Source: a virus (taxonomy: Duplodnaviria; Caudoviricetes). Taken from it: 64,000 nucleotides of DNA. The DNA lies in IMG/VR virus record IMGVR_UViG_3300044712_000496, positions 330 through 64,329 of that record; one strand, given 5' to 3'. The notes below the pieces were generated by a model that worked only from the letters and a program-made list of their open reading frames with translations, was not told the origin of the DNA and made no database searches. Positions 57,604 through 64,000 of the stretch are shown here, piece after piece. Position 1 is the first letter of the stretch. Every line of letters begins with the position of its first letter. A program made the translations under genes and the position numbers.

Positions 57604-57633
57604 ATATTACCACAACCCCGATTATATGTCAAG
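57604..57633 (-). promoter_or_regulatory. Promoter for the polymerase operon
   Basis: TTGACA-17 bp-TAATAT. Confidence 0.8.
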
Positions 57634-57658
57634 AAAAAAGCGACTCAGGATAGTCGCT
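57634..57658 (-). terminator. Rho-independent terminator
   Basis: AGCGACT-loop-AGTCGCT followed by T6 on the minus strand. Confidence 0.65.
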
Positions 57659-57680
57659 ATTATCTATTGTCCACGCTATT

Positions 57681-58241
57681 TTAGTTTTGCTGCTTCCACC
57701 CTTGCGCCAATCTGCCGGCATGTTGCTGAATGAATCCGTCCGGGTCCAGAACGATGTCCCTCTGGTCCTCTGCGCTGAGTTGCTGGTACTTGCCTGACTT
57801 GTGTTTAATCCACATGGGCGGGGAAAGCTCCAGCCCGTACTTTGCGAGCTGTGCGTTCGCCCTTACTACGTCCAGGATCGTCAAACCGTACATCCTCAGA
57901 TCTTCCTTGTCGAAGTAGTCGAAATATCCCACTGTCAGGATCCTTTCCCGCCTGCGGGTTTGTTGCAGTTCCCGCTCCCGTGCCGCTACACGGGCAAGGG
58001 CGATGTAGCTTCTACCGCTCTTCGCAGCCTCCATTTGCAACTCTTCATCAGTCATAGCCGCGAGCGCCGCCTTCTCGGTCGCCGTGTACTTTTTTCTTTT
58101 GTCTATGCCGTCCTCCTTTGCGTGGAAAAATACAGTGTTCCTGGCTAATCCTGTAGCCTCGCAAACCTCCTCAATGGTTTTACCTGCTGCAAACAGCGTT
58201 TTAATCTGATGCTTCAGCGTTACATTTACAGGCCGTCCCAT
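57681..58241 (-). CDS. HTH DNA-binding protein (candidate regulator)
   Basis: GKTIEEVCEATGLARNTV; has its own promoter and terminator. Confidence 0.65.
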   Translation of the reverse strand: MGRPVNVTLKHQIKTLFAAGKTIEEVCEATGLARNTVFFHAKEDGIDKRKKYTATEKAALAAMTDEELQMEAAKSGRSYIALARVAARERELQQTRRRERILTVGYFDYFDKEDLRMYGLTILDVVRANAQLAKYGLELSPPMWIKHKSGKYQQLSAEDQRDIVLDPDGFIQQHAGRLAQGWKQQN

Positions 58242-58284
58242 CCCAAAACCACACTCCTTTCGTCGCTAGAATTTAGTTAAGTAA

Positions 58285-58313
58285 ATTATATTACTAACGA
58301 TATCGGAAGTCAA
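58285..58313 (-). promoter_or_regulatory. Sigma70 promoter
   Basis: TTGACT-17 bp-TATAAT. Confidence 0.75.
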
Positions 58314-58373
58314 GTAAAAAATCAAACTAAAGTATTGTTTTGGTGAGGGGCGATCTTCGGGTTCAGTTTTTCT

Positions 58374-58673
58374 TTATCCTAGATACGAACGAAGAGCTTG
58401 CAAAATCAAATCCCGGAGCGAAACGCCCTGGTCAACGGCCCTGTGCTTCGCGGCGGTCCAGAGATCATCGGGGATGTCACGGAGCAGATAACTCCCGGCG
58501 GAGGATGTTTCACGGAACAACTTCCGGGCGATCTGCATGGCATTTACTGGCTTCCCAGCTGCGCGGAGTTGCTCGATTTCTGACTGCACATCCGCCGAGC
58601 AGGGACGGCAGAGCATTGTCCCGCCGATGCCGATGCTTGGATTTGGTTTGCCACATGCGTCGCAAGTTTTCAT
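58374..58673 (-). CDS. Zn-finger + ribbon-helix-helix regulator
   Basis: CDAC...CRPC; YLLRDIPDDLWTAAKHRAVDQGVSLRDLILQAL. Confidence 0.75.
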   Translation of the reverse strand: MKTCDACGKPNPSIGIGGTMLCRPCSADVQSEIEQLRAAGKPVNAMQIARKLFRETSSAGSYLLRDIPDDLWTAAKHRAVDQGVSLRDLILQALRSYLG

Positions 58674-59065
58674 GCCGTCACCTCCGAGCCTTCGGCTATG
58701 CGCACTATTTTGAGTTCCATCGGCTGATCCACCTCCAGGGCCGCATTACAATCGTCACACCACTGCTGCGCGATATCCTGCAACGTACTCCAAAAGGCAT
58801 CGCTGCCCCATTGCCCTTGGTAATAATTATCGGAGAGCGTGTAGCGGTTCGATCCTTCGCATTCCGATTCCGTCAGGCCGAATTGGTTAAAGGCCGCGAG
58901 GAAAGTGGACACGTTGTTATCAGTTTTACTTTTGAGCCATAACCCGTGGTTGCCGTTGCTCTTCAGCGAGCCTTCCACCAAATAGAGGTCTCCGGTTTCG
59001 AGTCCGTGAGCCAACCAACCGATTGTTCCTTTTGCGTGACCGATGCGTTTAATTTTGATTTCCAT
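58670..59065 (-). CDS. Hypothetical protein
   Basis: AAGGAG RBS before MEIKIKRIG. Confidence 0.65.
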   Translation of the reverse strand: MEIKIKRIGHAKGTIGWLAHGLETGDLYLVEGSLKSNGNHGLWLKSKTDNNVSTFLAAFNQFGLTESECEGSNRYTLSDNYYQGQWGSDAFWSTLQDIAQQWCDDCNAALEVDQPMELKIVRIAEGSEVTA

Positions 59066-59109
59066 GGTGATCTCCTTGTTTTTTGGTTTAACCTCAAATC
59101 TTGATATTA

Positions 59110-59137
59110 AGTATATCATGATAATCATGAGTGTCAA
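59110..59137 (-). promoter_or_regulatory. Promoter with palindromic operator
   Basis: TTGACA-16 bp-TATACT; the spacer contains the palindrome TCATGAT-T-ATCATGA. Confidence 0.7.
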
Positions 59138-59420
59138 GAAAAAAATGTTTCCGAGAGCGAAGGCTTAGGTTCGAGCCCGAGCCCCTCGGCGTCCGGGAGC
59201 CGGCCTGGATCGAGCGAAGCTAGATAAATCAGGTATTTACAATTATTTATGCTATTCCGGTAAAATAAATTACTTTATTATTGCAATTCTGGTTAAGCAT
59301 GTTAAAATTCAGGTAACTAAATTTTTAAGGGGGTTATCATGGACATTATCAGCATTTATGTATTTTTCGGACTTGTGGCCCTTTTCCTGGTCATGAACAC
59401 AACTAATGGAGATTAAAAAC

Positions 59421-59579
59421 ATGAACAAACGCAACCTAATAATGCGAATCACCATGTTAGCGGCAGACCCGGCACTTGTCTCCTATAGGAGACTCTCGAA
59501 AATGTCCGTCTCCGAACTCAAGCGCCTTTATGCCTGGATATCCCAGCCGGACCCCGGCGACGTTGTATTTAATGTATAG
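59421..59579 (+). CDS. Hypothetical protein (52 aa)
   Basis: GGAG RBS; manual translation MNKRNLIMRITML... Confidence 0.45.
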   Translation: MNKRNLIMRITMLAADPALVSYRRLSKMSVSELKRLYAWISQPDPGDVVFNV

Positions 59580-59587
59580 GGGGGGAA

Positions 59588-59962
59588 ATGAAAATCGGAA
59601 CCGATATAAGTTTAGCGGAATGCAGAGCCGAAGGTTATGGAATGATCGAGTTTAATAAATCTAAGCTCCTCAAAAAAGGAATACTCCAAAAAGACACCCC
59701 CGTTCGCTATTTCCGAACCTTCGGCTATTTGTCACATGATGAAAAAGGGCGCCCGCTTGAACTTGGAATGATGAAAGCAGAACTATATATTACAGATACG
59801 CTCATTTCCTGGAACGATTTAATCGAGATATACGAGCCCCGAAAAGAAGGGATTGACAACTTCGCAGATTTTAAAAACTGCCCGTTGAACTGGGACAATC
59901 CAACAGAATACGACCTGTTAACCCTAGCGGATATAATTGACAGTTATTGCGGCATTGAATAA
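59588..59962 (+). CDS. Early hypothetical protein
   Basis: 124 aa, GGGGG RBS. Confidence 0.65.
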   Translation: MKIGTDISLAECRAEGYGMIEFNKSKLLKKGILQKDTPVRYFRTFGYLSHDEKGRPLELGMMKAELYITDTLISWNDLIEIYEPRKEGIDNFADFKNCPLNWDNPTEYDLLTLADIIDSYCGIE

Positions 59963-59981
59963 CTAGAAGGAGAAATAAAAA

Positions 59982-60755
59982 ATGCCAACCGTGAAAGTAA
60001 GAACCCATCGAGAATACACCCTGGAGATTGACGAAGAAACCTTCCCTATTCCTTTTAACGACGAGACGGGAGCAATGGAGAACACCGCAGAGCTGATAAT
60101 TTCCCAGGATGGTTTAAGGGCCGTTGTTGGCTGTTTATGCGCAGATGATAGCCCGGAAGACCCCTTCGAGATGTGGGACGAAGGAGAATTTTTTCAATTC
60201 TCAAACAGGTATATCCACCACACCCCCCGGCCGGACATCGAAGAGTTTAAAAGAATCGTCAGGCAGAACCCTGGACGTGTCTTTTTGCTCGATATTTATG
60301 ACTACGGCAGCGGCGGGACTTCCATCAAGGTTCGTTCAGCTCTTACACCCCAAGACACCCGCGGCGACAAACACACCGGGGAAAACTCAAAAGCAGAGCA
60401 GGAGCTTGACGACGCCGATGGATATTATATTTGCCCCTCCGACGTTACGGACCCGCAGAAATATGCCGAAGGCGCTTTAAAGGCTTATGAATCATGGTGC
60501 AATGGCGACGTTTACGGCGTTTGTCTTTGGTTTTTTGAGCGTGATTATTGCAATTTTGATTTGAACGGGACCGGAATAGCAGCAGACGGATTGACCAACT
60601 GGGAACTGATCGAAGACGAAAGAGAAGAAGTATGGGGTTATTATGGCGACGACGCCAAACAGGAGCTAAAAAGCGCCCTAGAAGCCCAGAAAGAGAAAAT
60701 CAACGAACCCAGGCCCGAACGGACGGACCCGCGACAAATGGCGCTGGGATTTTAA
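59982..60755 (+). CDS. Early acidic protein
   Basis: YESWCNGDVYG...VWGYYG motif typical of early phage proteins; very acidic. Confidence 0.7.
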   Translation: MPTVKVRTHREYTLEIDEETFPIPFNDETGAMENTAELIISQDGLRAVVGCLCADDSPEDPFEMWDEGEFFQFSNRYIHHTPRPDIEEFKRIVRQNPGRVFLLDIYDYGSGGTSIKVRSALTPQDTRGDKHTGENSKAEQELDDADGYYICPSDVTDPQKYAEGALKAYESWCNGDVYGVCLWFFERDYCNFDLNGTGIAADGLTNWELIEDEREEVWGYYGDDAKQELKSALEAQKEKINEPRPERTDPRQMALGF

Positions 60756-60769
60756 AGGAGGTTTAAAAA

Positions 60770-61693
60770 ATGCGAATAGTCGTTGACTCAAGACAAGTTG
60801 CACACCTATGGGCTCACCAGGCCCAGGGCCACGCCAGGAACGACGGAAACACCGTGCATTTCCAAGGCCCGGATTTTTACAGTTATTCAACCGTCATTGC
60901 CCACCTGGACCTGGAGAAGAAAGTCGCCTTCATATCAAATCACAGTCATTCACCGACGACATCAATACATCAAGGCCATGCTCACCGCGCAATCAGGGGC
61001 AATGATTATAAGGTTTACTCCTCTGACTGGTCCCGGCGCGGCTGTTATTTCCCAGGAGTGGAACAAGTTATAAAGATGGAGGCCGAGGACCTCCAGGAGC
61101 TTTTCAAGAGCCTGGACCGCTGGCGCGAGCGGTTAGTGTATGAGATTGGTTATTATAATGCCCGACGGGAGGAGCTCCAGGAAATTGCGACTCTTTACGG
61201 TTTTAACCTCCCCGACCTCCCAGACATACCGGAGAAATTAATAGAGAAGGCGAGAGCCTACGAACAGAAGGCGGAGGAGCGCCGGCAGCAGAGGGAGAAG
61301 GAACAGATCGAGAGAGCGGCAAAGGCGAGAATCGAATATAAAAAAGACTTCGATAAATGGCTAAACGGTGAACCAGGGAGTTATTGCCCCCGCGCTTTTT
61401 ATAAGACCGGAGATCCGCCCACAATGTCATTGACTGTCAGGGACGAAACGGTTTACACTTCCGCCGGAGCTCAAGCGCCCCTGGATCATGTTGCAAAGGC
61501 TGTTAAGTTTTGGCTCTCCAGGCGGAACCAAGACGGGACTTTTAAACCCTATCAGACCAACGGACATACGATTCATCTAGGCTCATTCAAGATGGAAAGC
61601 ATTTCCGAGACAGGGACCGTAAAGGCCGGGTGCCACGTGTTTACACGTGGAGAAATTGAGCGGTTTATAAACAGATGGGAGTTGAACCAATGA
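60770..61693 (+). CDS. Early hypothetical protein
   Basis: VAHLWAHQ...YSYST...SPTTS.HQ...TSAGA...KAGCH. Confidence 0.75.
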   Translation: MRIVVDSRQVAHLWAHQAQGHARNDGNTVHFQGPDFYSYSTVIAHLDLEKKVAFISNHSHSPTTSIHQGHAHRAIRGNDYKVYSSDWSRRGCYFPGVEQVIKMEAEDLQELFKSLDRWRERLVYEIGYYNARREELQEIATLYGFNLPDLPDIPEKLIEKARAYEQKAEERRQQREKEQIERAAKARIEYKKDFDKWLNGEPGSYCPRAFYKTGDPPTMSLTVRDETVYTSAGAQAPLDHVAKAVKFWLSRRNQDGTFKPYQTNGHTIHLGSFKMESISETGTVKAGCHVFTRGEIERFINRWELNQ

Positions 61694-61989
61694 AACTATA
61701 CAAGCCAACCCTCGACGAAATGATTAGAAGCAGGGAATTTGAAGGATTTATATCTGACAAACTGGGAAACGACCTGTTTATATCGGACCCGGACCGAGCG
61801 GATAGAATCTGGGAATATGCAGAAAACGGCAGCAATGGCTCAACACACGCCGAAGTAATAGAGGACTGGCGAGACTTTCTGAAAATCTGGGATATTCCCG
61901 AACGCTGCAAGGCCGGAATCGAGAAAGAGATCGAAGAATGTGAAAAATGGCACGACAAAAACGGCAGCCTGAACGAAATAATAAACTAA
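61690..61989 (+). CDS. Early hypothetical protein
   Basis: ATGA-coupled. Confidence 0.6.
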   Translation: MKLYKPTLDEMIRSREFEGFISDKLGNDLFISDPDRADRIWEYAENGSNGSTHAEVIEDWRDFLKIWDIPERCKAGIEKEIEECEKWHDKNGSLNEIIN

Positions 61990-62007
61990 GAAAGGACTGT
62001 AAGCCCC

Positions 62008-62253
62008 ATGAAACTGACAAATAACCAGCTCGGCCGGCTACAACTAACAATGCAACACATTTCTGACTTATACGACTATCTCCAGGATTATAAAGATAAT
62101 GACTTCGCAATGAGGGAGCGGATAATAGAGACCGGAGCGGATTTAGTGGACTTATGGCCCAACAGAACCGAAATCATGACAATCTCAAGCGACCTTAAAA
62201 CCCTTTATAACACCGGGCAAACCATATACCTGGAAAAGGAGAAAACCCCATGA
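62008..62253 (+). CDS. Early hypothetical protein
   Basis: 81-aa ORF. Confidence 0.55.
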   Translation: MKLTNNQLGRLQLTMQHISDLYDYLQDYKDNDFAMRERIIETGADLVDLWPNRTEIMTISSDLKTLYNTGQTIYLEKEKTP

Positions 62254-63014
62254 ACTACCCTATTATGGAACATGAACACGAAATTAATGGAGTAAAGGGC
62301 CGGATGTTTACCATTCATGAACCCGTCAACGGGTTGCATCTAAATCAAAAGTGGCGCTCTTTCTCACGCCCAATAGAAGGTTACGGAACCAACGGACAAA
62401 TGACGGTGGAAATACGTTTTGATGACCAATGCCGCAACGGACATCAGACATTTTCCATCACCGCCGATGTTTACACCAATGAATCCAGGAGACAGAGAGA
62501 TATAGCCGCTTGTGGATGTCTCCATGAAGATATTGAAAAGGTATTCCCGGAGCTGGCGCCCCTCATAAAATGGCATTTAGTTTCAACGGACGGACCCCTT
62601 CATTACATCGCTAACACGCTCCACCATGCAGGGGATAAAGACTGCTGGGGACTGAAAAAAGGGGAGAAACGCCAAATCAGAAACGGGAAAACCGGACAGC
62701 TTTGCTGGAAACTGGAATTTACAGGAGAAAAAGGCCCGCAGTACATCGACAGCGACACGGAACCACCAGCCCCGCAAGGTGAATATAAGTATGTCCCGCG
62801 GTATAGAACCGGAGAAGGGAAGGAAAGGGATTTAAAATCAGCCCGATCATGCGCTGTTTGGCCGGAAGCGACGGATGAAGAATTGACAAGTGAAGACCTG
62901 GAGGAGAAATTAAAGGCCCGTCTCCCCAGATTGATGGAAGAGTTTAAAAAGGCTATGGTGGAGACGTGCGGGTTTTTGTGGGCGATGAATACGAGTTACA
63001 CGAAACCAACATAG
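62250..63014 (+). CDS. Early conserved phage protein
   Basis: DDQCRNGH.TFSIT...GCLHEDI...FPELAPLIKWHL...GPLHYIAN. Confidence 0.7.
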   Translation: MNYPIMEHEHEINGVKGRMFTIHEPVNGLHLNQKWRSFSRPIEGYGTNGQMTVEIRFDDQCRNGHQTFSITADVYTNESRRQRDIAACGCLHEDIEKVFPELAPLIKWHLVSTDGPLHYIANTLHHAGDKDCWGLKKGEKRQIRNGKTGQLCWKLEFTGEKGPQYIDSDTEPPAPQGEYKYVPRYRTGEGKERDLKSARSCAVWPEATDEELTSEDLEEKLKARLPRLMEEFKKAMVETCGFLWAMNTSYTKPT

Positions 63015-63037
63015 CCGCCTAGCGGCAGGGGGAGAAA

Positions 63038-63301
63038 ATGGGAACTTGGGAAATAGTAATAGACACATATAAACAATACAAGGGGGATCATCTAATAACA
63101 ATACAAATGCCTGATCTAGCGTTTGACTTGACCTTCCCCCCATGCTACGGCAAAAACAAAACATTGCAGACATCTGCCCTTATCGCCGCCGCGCCTGATC
63201 TGCTGGCGGCGTTACAAAAGATTGTTAATAACTGGGATGACTTACATCCTAAAGACAGACAACAAGCAAGATTTGCCATCGCCAAAGCAAAAGGAGGGTA
63301 A
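63038..63301 (+). CDS. Early protein with LIAAAPDLL motif
   Basis: LIAAAPDLLAAL...AIAKAKG. Confidence 0.65.
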   Translation: MGTWEIVIDTYKQYKGDHLITIQMPDLAFDLTFPPCYGKNKTLQTSALIAAAPDLLAALQKIVNNWDDLHPKDRQQARFAIAKAKGG

Positions 63302-63421
63302 TTAAATGACCCTCTTAATGGGATTGATGATTGTTGCGGTATGGATCATGAGGCATTATTGACCAGGGAAGGAGACGACGAACCCAAAAAGGAGGAGTGA
63401 AAGACCAAAAACGAAGCAACC

Positions 63422-63448
63422 AGGCGCCCCACAAGAGGCGCCTTTTTT
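63422..63448 (+). terminator. Rho-independent terminator
   Basis: AGGCGCC-loop-GGCGCCT-TTTTT. Confidence 0.8.
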
Positions 63449-63476
63449 ATTTTGTAGTATGTTTTTGGGAGAAAGA

Positions 63477-63910
63477 ATCACGATTTTAGAGAAAATATCA
63501 CGATTTTTTCGGGAAAATGATATTTGGATAAGTGGGCGATTTTGTTCTGAAAAAGGGCGATTTTCGGCGTCGAATATCACGAAAAACATGATTTTTCCCA
63601 GAGTGACGCTCACCTTTTTTAGACATGCACATTTACACAAGGTTAAAATCCCAAATTCTGGACGTACCTGTTTATTATACTATGTGGGATATAAATAATA
63701 ATAAATCACGATCCAATAAATAATAATAACCTTGTGGGATTAACCACTTAGCCCTGAAACCCCATCCACCTGTTTAGGCGATATTTTAGCACGATTTTTT
63801 ACCTATATCCGCCATGGGAGCCATTCTAGCCCATTTCCCGCCCTTGGATCATCGTATTACGAAACCTCGTAACCAACTGTTTTTTTATATATATTCAACT
63901 ATCACGATGG
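63477..63910. repeat. AT-rich non-coding region with dispersed ATCACGA(TTTT)/GGCGATTTT repeats
   Basis: ATCACGA at 63477, 63497, 63576, 63705 and 63901; CACGATTTTT at 63790; GGGCGATTTT twice near 63534-63565. Confidence 0.7.
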
Positions 63911-64000
63911 ATTTTCGGATGATACCACAATCCAATTAACTCTGATCCTACCCCCTGCATCCAGGCTCAAAGCATATGGCACCTAACCCTTCCCCCCTGG

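Larger units (their letters stand above)
1..64000. mobile_element. Temperate tailed phage (podovirus-like), near-complete genome
   Basis: Terminase, portal, scaffold, major capsid, tail/internal virion, lysis, integrase+tRNA and replication modules are all present. No housekeeping host genes and no tape measure or sheath genes recognised. Confidence 0.95.

Noticed and set aside
63450-63910. CRISPR array
   Set aside because: Repeats are only 7-11 bp, degenerate and irregularly spaced; no cas operon.
1-64000. Stop-codon reassignment or suppressor tRNA
   Set aside because: Genes are intact under the standard code, all three stops are used, and the tRNA anticodon is CAA (Leu).

Overview
The window is an essentially complete (~64 kb) temperate dsDNA phage genome of podovirus-like organisation, with no host genes evident. 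The plus strand (1-38.2 kb) carries a few small genes and a probable small terminase. These are followed by a ~12 kb block of fibre-like proteins (many with Sec signal peptides), lysis genes and a metallophosphoesterase. Next come the large terminase, portal, scaffold, N4-gp56-type major capsid, head and tail genes, a 2443-aa PLxRFG-type internal virion protein and a tyrosine integrase. The minus strand (38.2-59.1 kb) encodes a GIY-YIG/T5orf172-like nuclease, radical SAM enzyme, dual-frame C5 methyltransferase, primase/DUF927 helicase, SNF2 helicase, VRR-NUC, nucleotide-pool enzymes, a PD-(D/E)XK nuclease and a split family A DNA polymerase with a mini-intein. A probable attP and a plus-strand tRNA-Leu(CAA) lie near the integrase. 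The right end holds plus-strand AT-richer early genes and a repeat-rich non-coding tail. The five most striking observations are: (1) a nuclease whose N-terminus is a 24/36-identical copy of the integrase N-terminal domain, encoded between int and attP; (2) a DNA polymerase split exactly between two CxxCxGxG zinc half-sites; (3) tail-fibre-like proteins with signal peptides; (4) an attP core matching only the anticodon loop of the phage's own tRNA-Leu; (5) nested and overlapping genes. All family assignments come from motif recognition by eye, with no database searches.
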